Assembly: GCA_002633005.1 (NCBI GenBank)
Contig: NMRA01000267.1
Coordinates: forward strand, 150,957 to 214,956
Direction: 5' to 3'
Source of the DNA: Phoronis australis
Lineage: Eukaryota > Animalia > Phoronida
Length of the DNA: 64,000 nucleotides
Shown: positions 15,001-26,068 of the stretch, piece by piece
How the letters are laid out: each line of letters starts with the position of its first letter
Numbering within the stretch: the stretch's first letter is position 1
Translations under genes and position numbers: made by a program
Notes under the pieces: model-generated
Told to the model about the DNA's origin: nothing
The model's input: only the letters and a program-made list of their open reading frames with translations
Databases searched by the model: none

Positions 15001-18000
15001 ATTCAGTCTACTCCACACTCCACGCATTTTTGACCGCAGAATCACACTATATGTCACCGCGATTTTATACCAAATGCAGACGCCATTGATGAGCCACGCT
15101 ATCCCACGCACAGGCACTTGAATTTATCCGTTCCTCGATTGCCACTGACGTCACTCACTACTAAGAAAACATGTCTCTTCTATATGGTTACGAGTCATTG
15201 GCAAATTCGAGCGCCTGTGATCCGCAATTACAATTTTCATTCCTCCGAAACATAAAGAGTCGTCAGTAACACCGCGGTTAGAAACCAATTTACCGCGATA
15301 ATTTTATGGCAAATTCGATTTTTTCTGCGGAAATATAACAAAAGTACGTAGATCGAATAAAAGAAAAAAGCGGAAATCCGTGTTTCCGCAGACAATTCAA
15401 AGCCTTGAGAAAATACAGACGAGTTTTCAATCAAACATAAGCAAAAATGTTATACAAGCCTACAGAGAACATCCTTGAATGGCTTCTCAAAATCAACAGA
15501 TATGTCTTCTAACGCATACCACAAACCCACACATAGCAGGAAACCACAGGAAATGTTTCCCCAATCCATACCTATCAGTAAAGGCCTTGTCAAAGTCAAA
15601 CACAAACTCCCAGCCCTGTTTCACACGTAGCCGGGACATCTGCTCCAGGATAGCTTTGACATCATCTGCAGGTAACTGAAATAATGATAAAAGTTTGCAA
15701 AACAACAGAAGGAACTGGATCTTCATTTTCAATAATTTATTCTAAAGGCAGCAGATTTTACTTCTAATTATGAATTATGTTTAGAGCATAAAAACGATGC
15801 AAAGACACAGCACCCATATCTTTTTACATTTTCTTTTCAAATTTTTAACAGCATAGACTGGCATAATACTGATGTCACAAAACACATAGAAAGACATGGT
15901 TCACAATGTGTTGACCCGAAAAGATGACAGATATACTTCTCTATAGGATTATCCACATTTTAGCTCCAGTTTTCCAATATAAACAACTGACTTAACATTC
16001 TTGCCCATTAATTGTTAATTAAGACCCATGAAGAGAAACCCCACAGTTTTAGGTAGACGTAAATGAATATTGTGAAAATCAATGGTTTTTAAGTATATTA
16101 GACACAGAAAACCATTTGATCAAAATCACATTTACTTTTGCACCGATGCTTGGCCCAGAAAATCAAAAGAAGATTTGTCTGGGTTCAAATTCAGTGCGTT
16201 CAACCTAGCAATGTCACCATAGCCAAAATCATAAAGTTCTCAATCTTGGCAATTGTTTAACGCCACAAACTTCTGTAGCAGACAATTACCACAAAGCGGT
16301 GAAGGCTACTTCTGTCAAGAGTTCAAGGTTCTTGACTAAAGCACATAATCTTGACCCAACAGATATGCTAAAAAAATATTGCTGTGAAAATAATCTGGCT
16401 CCTTTCCTAAACACTAGATGGAGTTACCTGCTTCCAAGTATTTTGTGCCTTCACTAGAACTTTTCAGAACCTACACTATGCACTGTCATGACTTAAGTAG
16501 TTCAATTGCACTTTTTCTTACTTTAACTACTGAAGTTATGTCTTTTCTCACAACAAATCTGCTTTGCCTGAACTTCCACATCTGAAAAACAAAAATTCCC
16601 ATAAGGAGCACACCTCAGACAGTTCCCGCATGAAAAACAAAGGTTTATTTGCTACAAGTAGCTAGCTGGTTACCAGGATGCAGACATTTCCTGTCATCAC
16701 TTTTGGGAGGACAAGGATTTAACAGGAAAGATAGTAATGTGGCTAAGCCATTCCATAAATAGAACTTATAGTCCTTACCAGTAATTTTTGCTGTTCATAG
16801 AATTAGTCGCCATGATTGGGAAACAGTATTTTGTTTGATTAATATTGTCCTGCACTGTATACATAAAAATCAGTTATGTACTAAGATTGAACATAATGTG
16901 AAAAATTGTTTAGCTGCACAAATTGTTAAATCCTTAATAACAGGAGAAATATAAAGAAAAACAAAGTACAGAAGTACATTTTTCATTAGTTTTTGCCTTT
17001 TCCGTAGTTTAAGTCAGAAAAATCTATATTTGATTTCTGAAGATCGATGTTTTGATATCTTAGAACACTTCCGAGTTCTGATTTTGTCTCATAAACAGCT
17101 ATAAAGTACATGTTGCATCTAAATATCGCTCACATGGCTTACCATGAAAAAATAAGCAGAACCGAGTCAGCTGTGATCACTTACCATGTAGTCTCTACCT
17201 CTACACAAGATGTCAGCAGGCACCCCGCTGTGTGGACTGAATGTGTCTTTTGGATGGAGCACCTCACTAAAACAGACAAAAGATGCAGTAAGAAACCATG
17301 AAAGGTAAAAATTAAGAATTGTTAATAAAACCACCGTTTGCCTAATAGAAGAAATTTCATCATTTTTGTACAAATGTCCACAGAAGACATGAACACAGAA
17401 TACTGGATACTTATATGAGCCAGTAAACACTCAAAACTGGCAAAACACTGACCTTTTGACTACCCAGCACCCTTGGACCAACATGGCTACTTGCTGCACA
17501 GCCTTGAGCGCTGCATTGTGATCAATGCCTTTTGGAAGTAAGCTCAGCAACTGACTGAACTGCAGCACTTTAGCTGAAAACACAAACAATTGCATTACAT
17601 TAACATTGCATTACAACAAATAACTGTATTACATTAACATTGCATTACAAACAACTCCACTAGGTTAACATTGCTTTACAAATAAGTGCATTATGTTAAC
17701 ATTACGCTACAAATAACTGCATTACATTATTAACATTACATTACATTACAAACAACACTGCATTAATAAGTGGAAAAGATACTGACACACTATTCAATGG
17801 TTCCTAAAGAAATAATACATTCACTTCTGGCAATTTTAATGTGAAAACAATTAACTTTGGAACCACACCACTTACTGCTATAAAACTAGTCTCAATTAGT
17901 AGCTTAGACAAAATAGAAATGACTGACAAATCCTAGTATAAACTGAAGCTGATTGCTTAATAACTTGGGAGTTGAGGGGCTCCTCACTTTGCACCAGAAC

Positions 18001-21000
18001 TACTATGTGGATATAGGCTAGTTCAGTGACCAAACACAAGATGGGGATACTAGTAGGAACATTGTGACTTCACAGATAAACCTCCAGGGGGCACTAAATT
18101 AAAGTCCAACTGTCACTACAACATTTTTCACTTGTCACTACAATATCATGATCAGGTGCACAACGTAAGTTTTGTCGTAGAAATATCATGCCATAGGCTT
18201 TCTGAAAATTTTAAGTGACTATAAGCTGGTGTTCTGTCCAAGAAGCAAACTTATGATTAAGACAACTCACATACTTAAACTGGTCTCAACTTGTTATTTC
18301 TCACATGAGAAGTGACTTCTGGGTTTACAAACAACTAACAGTTCGTTATTCCTCAAGACTATGTTTGGGGCACAACACGGCATGCTTCGACAAACCAACT
18401 TGTAGAGCCTGGTCTCATGCAATAATGAACTATCAGTTCTTCCAAAGTCCTGAAATCACCTCCAAGTTGACTAACAAACAACTTGAGACCAATTCCATAA
18501 CGATAAATGTCAGAATTCAAGCGTTGGTTCTTGGGATGTAAGACAGGTTAATAGCTGCTTTGAATACCAACCATAGGAAGTTTAGCAGCAGAGATCTATT
18601 TGATAAAATCACCCAAGTAAATGCCACGACACAATGAATCAAATGAACAAAGACTATAGGAGCAGAATGCTAACCTACCACTGACAAATAATGCCTTGAC
18701 TTGATCTGCCAAGTTCATGAACTTTAACTGAGCTAAAGAAAGCACGTTGTCAGGCAAGTCAGGTTTCTCTCTGAAATAGAGCATATTTGATGCATGTCAG
18801 ATTGAGAAAATGAAAGGTCCATTACTTTCAAAATACATCCCCTTTGCAGTAGTGCAAACTACATGGTAGTATCAATCATAGACAGCAAATTTACAACTCC
18901 AAAAATTTCTTAAGAAATTCCCAGCAGAGGCGCCACTTACTTCATGTACTAAACTCTGCTTCTGGCAAGTGAACTCTGACAAGGAATTTCGTTATGTATT
19001 TTATTGTCGACAAGCACGAAAGAAAACCTTTCGGCAATGAAAAGATGTTCAACACCTCCCTTTAGTTCAGTGACGTGAGAATTTTGGTAATAGTTCAGGA
19101 AGTGCAATTGCAAAATTCAAGCCATGGTGACACAAGCCAGAATTAACAGACGTACAAACTAGACGTAACATGGGTCAACTCTGCAGGCATCACTAGTGAA
19201 TAAGGACGTTACGACTTGTGTAAAAGAAAACAGACCTCGTGCACTTAGAATACACAGAGTTGACATTACGTCATGGCAGAAAGAGTAAACATCACAGCTG
19301 CCGTCACATAATTAAGACAAGAAAAGGCTAGCTACCCGAACAACATAACTCATGCAATCATGAACATGGCTTGCAGAACTGGAGGCCCAACTCAGTAACT
19401 TAAAAACACACCCGCACTCACAAACATCGCTGACACACCCGCACTCACAAACATCGCTGACACACCCAATCACAGGGCTCACTGACTTACATTACCAAAA
19501 ATCCAANACTGCGTGACTCAACAAAGAGTCTGAGCCATGTTTACAGCTGCTGGAGCAAGTCTCTAAGTCATGTTCATGAGCGTGGAGCAAGGTCCACTAG
19601 TGCGTGAGTTGTGTTGTTCGCGTAACCTGAAGAGCTTAAAACGCCACCATTTGCTCACTGTCAAGTCAAAAGAAGATTCATGGTATCACTTACTCTTCAA
19701 GATTTGTTGCCTCAGGTAACAACATGTGCAGGTACTCATCAGGTGAGGCTGTGAACAAGGTCTCCTCTGTGCACCTTGAACACAGCAGGTTGGCTCGTTC
19801 TCTCTCACACTCGCTGTCCTGTTCATCAGCATAAACACCAAGTCATCAACCATTATTACTGTCACTACTTTACAGCCCACAAAAAGGGAGCTCACCAAAA
19901 ACTAAGACCACATAACAGTAGTTCATCTTACTCGAGCATAACAAAATGTTTTCATCAGAACATGCTCAGCTAAGATCACTGACCTCGTAAACCTGCAGGA
20001 GTTTTCAGGAAAGTGTCAGTATTAAAATTACACCTAGTGTATGTAGGTCAGTTTTGCAAATTAAATCTAAATTAAGTGGTTCAACTCTTGCAAACTGATC
20101 CATGAATTTCTTTAGCACCAGTAAGCAGCCTTGAGCCTCAGAGACAAATGAGATACAAGGTTCATTGTAGGTGCGCACGGTCCCGTCAAAACAAGACAAG
20201 ATCAGCTACATTTGGATGGCAATACTGATTTAACTAAATTTGACAACAATGAAACATAAGCACAACTCAAAGGACCCCTTTAGAAAGCAAAAAGTCCTCA
20301 TTTTTAGCATTCAGGCTACTGAAAAGCATCACAAAACCATTGGCTCACTCATATTGGGTTTTCATTTTACCATAGGAAGTCACAATTAAACTTGAATCTG
20401 ACTGACTAGTATTTCTCACAAACTTGGTGGCAGCAAGTGTGTAACTTTATTTCATTTCATATTCTTTAGGTCTGAACAAGTCAGAACTACTGTCAACTGT
20501 TTTCAAAAAGCAATCTTTGGAGATAAAGACAAAACCCAAATGCCAACAGCTTCTTTTCAGGAAAAAGCTTCAGCAGACGCGAGACGTTTTAACAGCCTTG
20601 AGTTCGGCTGCATTTTCAACTGACTGATACATACCGCTGGATCACTATAGACGCGCACGTCTACCCATGGTTCATTCTGCCTCGTCTTCTGAAGGTGGTC
20701 AAAGGAAGCCAGACGGCGTGCCTTCGCTTCAGCCGATTCAGCACGAGCAAACTTGACAAGCACTGGTTTGGCCTCCTCCACTTCAGCCTCATCTTGGGAG
20801 TTGTCAGCTGAGGTTATAGAGACAGGTGGAATAGTACCATGTATGTCACAAAATGAAATGATATGGAGGCATTTTTTAAGTGGTTACAAACTTGTGTGCC
20901 ATCCTAAAACGCGAACTTTTGACTTAGGATCACGCACTTCTACAAAAATTGGTCGCAACTTGTTCATTACTCATAAGAGAAGAGATTTCTGGGTTTGCAA

Positions 21001-24000
21001 AGAGATGAAGGGATTCTTATTTTACTTGAAACCCTGCCTGAATGATAGTGACATGTCATGACAAGACAACATGTAGAGCCTAATCCTCAAACGATAACAA
21101 ACCGAGTTCTTTCAAAGCCCTAAAATCACTCAGAGTTTGACTAAGGAACAACTTAAAGACACATTTCAAAACAGAAAGTGGTCTCAATCTAAAGTTGGTT
21201 ATTTGATAGAAGGCGTTTTTAGCTATTTTTAAATTTTCAAATTTATTTTTCATCATCTTTATTTCCACAACAAAAATATCAGGTGTAAATTGACCAATAA
21301 AATTTCCAATCATGCCAAAAAGTGATCAATTTGCATGCAAAACTAATGACAATTCACACAAACTACAACTGACTGCAGGTTGCATTTCAACAACAATTCC
21401 TATTCCATTAAAAGAAATCGCTGAAGCTAGCACGTCATGCATCGATTTCATGCTTTTCACTTTCGTTACTCTCATCTATCATTCCCACATCGTCTTGAGC
21501 GCAAGAATACATTAGACGCACCTTAAATAAAACTACAGCAAATCGTTCCTACCTGCATCCCCTGTTTGCTCCTTGGTCTTCTGATCCACTTTGTCCATAT
21601 ACCCAAAACTTGGCCGCAGCTGGATCATACCATGTACTGGTGTTAGGTGTAGCTCACCTATGAAGAGAAGGCCCACTCCCATATAAATGAGGCTACACAT
21701 ATTGCGATTAACATCCTCTCACACCAACCTGACACAAAATCTTATGAATTTGCTATACAACAATTCACAATAAATGATATTTCATGCTGGGTGAAAATAG
21801 AGTTTGTGTATAGATTGATACGCAAATTAACATAATAAAGTTCTCTGTTCCAAAACACATCGATAATTTGACACAATTAAGAAGTGAGTTCAAGGTTGCA
21901 TAGACCACACATGGGAGATAACTTCAAGCAAAAACTTGTTTCAGCTTACTGTCTTTTAAAATGCCTACAGCATACTGTGCATGATCCATGGCAGAGGTGG
22001 TTGAGGTAAGTACTTGCTTGTCCATCTTATCACTGAAAAATAAATGCAATACAGTCATCAAAACTGACTAGAATTTTACATGAACAAATTAAAGATGCCA
22101 AACAAGTGCATCGTCTCCACTGCTTAACGTGCACTTCTAACAGATCAATGTAGACTAACAAAATGTCCGATTGTAAATATCTGAACACTTAATAATCTTA
22201 GTAACAGTACCACAACCATACTACACCTTTTCTGTGAATTTAAATTAGTGACAATCACATCCTTTGATAGCCATCCAGATGGCTGTACAGCAAGCAACCA
22301 CTGTGTTTAAGTTCCAACAGACCTTGAAATTTCACACCATCAGGGTAGTTTCCTTTGCACTTCATAATCAGTCAAACTTAAATGAGGTCCAGGATTTTCT
22401 TTTGTCAAAAATCCAAACATTTGTCAAACTGTACATCACCAATTCACGTCCTGATCTTCCTTTCAGCTACTCCACATAGTCAAACTCACACAATTGCTAA
22501 ACACACCATTATGATTTTAACAGCATAAGATTTAAGCTAAAATCACAATGCAATTTTCAACCACTTGTCTTGCAGAGCAAGATGCCGATGCTTCTCAAGC
22601 ATAACACGAGATTTTTGAACATGGCTCATTGCTTTTAAAATACATGAAGAGGGAACCTTGGATAATGAACGGTGTAAGGTTTATAAATTACAACCCGAAA
22701 ACTTTGAGTCAGATATCAATTATTTTGACTACCTAGTTTGTCCGAGATGAATGACCAAAACAATACGCTATTTTCCACAACGTAACAATCAAGAAGAACA
22801 ATGAACATTACCTGTTGAAATGTGGTGTGCCTGAAACACCAAACGTCCCATCCACATTGAGAGCAATCTGTTCCCCTTTACTCTGAGCATAGTTTACACT
22901 TGATGTGTTGATTGCCAACTCAAGTTCAACCTGCAAGAAAATCGGTGCGAGAAGTCTGCAGACAGGGAATGAACAACAGAAATTGAATAGAGCAAACCAG
23001 AGGTTACAAGGGCTTGATTTGGCAACATGCAGCTCACCATTGGCAATCTGGTAAACAATACCAAGTCAGCACAAAGTCACCACAATTGTGCACATATCTG
23101 ACCCCGTGATCAAATACCACAGAAATTGAACAACAGGAGTCGGGAATTGTTCAGCAAAAACAAACAAAAAGCTCGTTCCAGATGTCTCGTTTTATCATTT
23201 TCAGGCCCATATTTTCATACCACCACATGCAGGTTTCGGCAAGCTCATTTCCCATTAGGTGAATGGGGAATTTTGCATAAAAACATTCCACATCACTGAG
23301 CAACTAGAAAATACCACTGACTATATTTTCAAAAACAGACCACGACCAATTATGCTTTTTGGCCAAACATTTAAATTGAAAAACGTGAAAATAAATGAGT
23401 GGAAACATAGATGAACATGACACAATGTGGGCACGTAAAGGCAGCCTTTTAAGAGCAATAACCTGAATAGGAACATCGTTTTAGGTACCTTTTTCTGCTT
23501 TGGCTTTACACGGGCACTAGTGTGAGCAATGTCCTCATAGGGAGCAGTGGCAGGCCGAACTGGATACTGAAAACGCAAAAAAATCAAGTGATATCAACAC
23601 TCTCGTAACAAATGATTGTTGTCATCAAAGTTATTAACCAGTCTAATTTCAAAAAAGCGAACACTGCATCAACTTTTACTATTGATCAAATAAAAATACA
23701 TACAAAACAAAATGCAGCGCGACTCATGAAACACAGGGTTATTTAACTTTCAAAATGGAAGCGATTGAAGTTAAATTTTATCTTCAAGAGCACAAACAGA
23801 AACAATTAGTGGAATGAGTGTCCTAAATTCAATATAGTTACACCCTAGCCCTGTTTTATTGGGTGAGAAAGTCAAATGGTTATGTGTAATCCTAGAAAAA
23901 GTCCAAAATTAGGCTAACGACAGAACATCATCTGTGAGAAATAGCCGATCAGATTCAAACTTACAGATACTGCACTTTATGTATTGTTCTCCAAAACGTA

Positions 24001-25813
24001 GTTTGGCATAGCTTTTCAAAATGTTTCACTTTGGCATGAGGGTTACCAAAAAGTGGTACCTTTAGGATTTCACGAGAAAAATTCACAAGTTGCATAAATC
24101 AAAAAAAAAAAAGAAAACAGTTTAGAAAACTGCAACAGCATTTTTAAGATTTCATCTTGAATTTTAACACCAAATGGAATTGGGTCATGTAAATGATACC
24201 GCCATTTTACTTTGAATGCTCTTAGGATTTTGCATGAAAGATTGGAATAAAGTCAAAAATCAATTTGTCTAGCCTTTCATTGTCATAAGGTCTCATATAA
24301 CCATTTACTTACTTGATGCAATGGGTGATTGAGCAAGGATCACCATGGGAACTAATCAGCGATGAGACAGATGTTAGTAAAACATCTCTAGACCAAACAG
24401 AGCAAACCAGACAGAAAACTGCACATGCAAACCAAATGAAGATTTACCTGAAAGACATACAGACTATCTGCAAGCGACTTGGACAGGAAGACGTCTATCT
24501 GTAAAAAGAACGATCCATCTTACTAATAGTTACACATACAGACCTAACAAATCCAGATTCTTATTTAGCAATCCTGGATTGCAAAACATACAAGTCAGCT
24601 CGCCAACCGAGAATTACAATGCCACTTTTTGTTGCCATTAACTTTTTCACCACCAGTAATATGTTCACCAATGTGACAGGTGATATAATGAAATATATCA
24701 ATCAGAGCGCCTCACTTGCTGAATTCCTGTTATTTCTGCAAAATTTGCTCATCTAAAACATGCGGTGACCAATTTCAATTTGTAGATACTCTGTTATAGT
24801 TGACATTCCAAAGCCTAAACCAGGCTTGTGGAGCACGACAGGTCTCGTCTAGTACCCAGCCGTTCGACTACACACAACTAAGTTCAATGAACCTCAAAGG
24901 CAACAGTTCACAAAATTTTAGGTGCGGTCATGAATCTGTGGGCCTGAATGAACTGCAGTTGTACTGTAACTGTGATGGATTCATGCCTGTTGCCAGTATG
25001 AAATGTATGGAGTGTGCAAGATCACCAGTAAATTGCAGGGAGCTAGAATCCCTTTCTAGGGATTACTACAGATTAAATTTTCACATACATAAACTGCAAT
25101 GAACATCTCACTAGAAAAACTGCAGGTTACCGTAGCAATACAAAGCCTTTACCACGTCATTCTGTAGAGTGAAGGTCAGCTACTCAGGTTTGAGTGTCAT
25201 ACCAAAGAAAGATAGCCTTGGCTTTAATGCCATGGTTACTTGCAAGACTATAGAAGTACACGGCAAATTATCGTAACTAAGTGGTTCAATTTTTGGGTAC
25301 ATGTAGAAACTAGTAGACAAAATTCATATCAAATTTTGCATTGATAGATTTGTCACTGAGCTTTGAAAAAGATAGCGATTAGCGTGTGCGGCAAATCCCC
25401 TGGCGCGAGCGGTAATATGGCTACTTGCCGATTTGGGCAACTGAACGAAGGACTCTTTGAAAAAAGTTTGATTGTGTGAGTATTTGAGCTGGCAAGAGTT
25501 AAAAACATCAACAGCCTACTAAGGCGTACCATATGTACAAATAGTACTTTTGCAACATGACCAATGACTTTGATGGTTTGATCAGCGTGAAGCGTAATTC
25601 GCCGGCGAAAGCTTCAGCGCATGAAGGTTGGAGAGCCTATGGGATGGAATCGTATCTACTAGGACATATAACAAAGCACATTAACTATGCGTTAAACTCA
25701 AAATTTCGTGAAGAACATTTCAATAATCGTTTCGAGCAAACATGAACACGGACATGAGATTAATAGGAAAATTATCAGAGAACCTCGTGAACAACTGGAT
25801 CGTCTTCGTCCAT
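6007..25813 (-). CDS. POLR3E: DNA-directed RNA polymerase III subunit RPC5, 17 coding exons, ~682 aa
   Basis: Phase-consistent GT-AG exons: 25813-25784 (MDEDDPVVHE), 24498-24448 (IDVFLSKSLADSLYVFQ), 23566-23489 (YPVRP...), 22930-22812 (SKGEQIALNVDG), 22032-21950, 21657-21553 (ELHLTPVHGMIQLRPSF), 20807-20635, 19818-19694, 18770-18679, 17573-17453 (AVQQVAMLVQGCWVVKS), 17266-17185 (SPHSGVPADILCRGRDYM), 16581-16522 (second copy 14101-14042), 15675-15572 (second copy 13195-13092), 9873-9791, 8689-8193, 6978-6787, 6060-6007 (DYCVTKGLMWYLKGTEP*). Motifs match RPC5/Sin-like proteins. Confidence 0.93.
6270..6360. repeat. Tandem duplication, ~46-bp unit x2
   Basis: ACAGGTACTTATAGCA..ATGTCTTTGATGGTTTAA.CATAAC occurs twice in tandem. 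Confidence 0.8.
7495..7900 (+). repeat. Old dispersed repeat (probable non-autonomous DNA transposon); related copies at ~23940-24260 and ~61320-61620
   Basis: Shared blocks such as TTAGAAAACTG.AAC..GCATTTTT...TTTCATCTTGAA...GAAATTTGG.CATG at ~7697, ~24121 and ~61495. Boundaries are approximate. Confidence 0.55.
10235..10295. repeat. 14-bp minisatellite (CATCCTTGCTAGGG)x~4
   Basis: Direct tandem copies visible. Confidence 0.8.
10508..12957 (-). mobile_element. hAT-like non-autonomous DNA transposon (host of a nested Kolobok-like element)
   Basis: TIRs CAGGGCTTGGAAT (10508) and ATTCCAAGCCTTG (12945-12957). Both ends match the element at 28016-28505 in opposite orientation. The TSD is unclear (AGACAAT/AGAAAAT). 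Confidence 0.65.
11013..11889 (-). mobile_element. Kolobok-like non-autonomous DNA transposon with internally deleted THAP/transposase remnant
   Basis: ~185-bp imperfect TIRs starting AGG, flanked by TTAA at 11009-11012 and 11890-11893. Internal minus-strand remnant: MPHCCCLPGC (THAP-like start) ... KFIVDLSKVLELFRRCQVCG, then frameshifted WECVAGHSGKWGS (zinc-finger-like). Confidence 0.8.
12015..16963. repeat. ~2.46-2.49 kb tandem duplication (12015-14470 / 14472-16963) containing two POLR3E exons; probable haplotype or assembly artefact
   Basis: The copies are separated by a single N at 14471. The central part looks identical by eye, and the flanks carry SNPs and indels. Confidence 0.9.
17588..17765. 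repeat. Degenerate TGCATTACATTAACAT minisatellite
   Basis: Repeated ATTGCATTACA/TTAACATT units directly upstream (minus strand) of the POLR3E acceptor at 17574. Confidence 0.7.
19407..19467. repeat. 27-bp tandem repeat x2+
   Basis: CACACCCGCACTCACAAACATCGCTGA is duplicated. Confidence 0.75.
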
Positions 25814-26068
25814 GTTGTCGTAAGTCACTTTTGCGCATGCACAGGAAGTTAGCGCGTATTTTTATAAATGATTTGGTAATTTTTGCAACATTTTGACCAT
25901 TTGAGGGCGATAAGAAACGTTAATTTTTCAGCAGTTTAACATATGGATTTTTCAAACTGCCTTATGGGAAATATTTTCATTGCATTACAGTTTGATATTT
26001 AGATCACATGAGATATCATGTGACCAAACAGTGGCCAAGCGATCTATCTGCTGCGTTTGCCTTTGGCC
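25814..26068. promoter_or_regulatory. Bidirectional promoter POLR3E/CLCN7
   Basis: Divergent ATGs at 25813 (-) and 26069 (+). The spacer has inverted M-box/CLEAR-like motifs TCACATGA (26004-26011) and TCATGTGA (26016-26023) and an ETS-like CAGGAAGT (25842-25849). Confidence 0.75.

Noticed and set aside
19507-19507. Single N as a possible third duplication junction
   Set aside because: No duplicated flanking block was seen around it.
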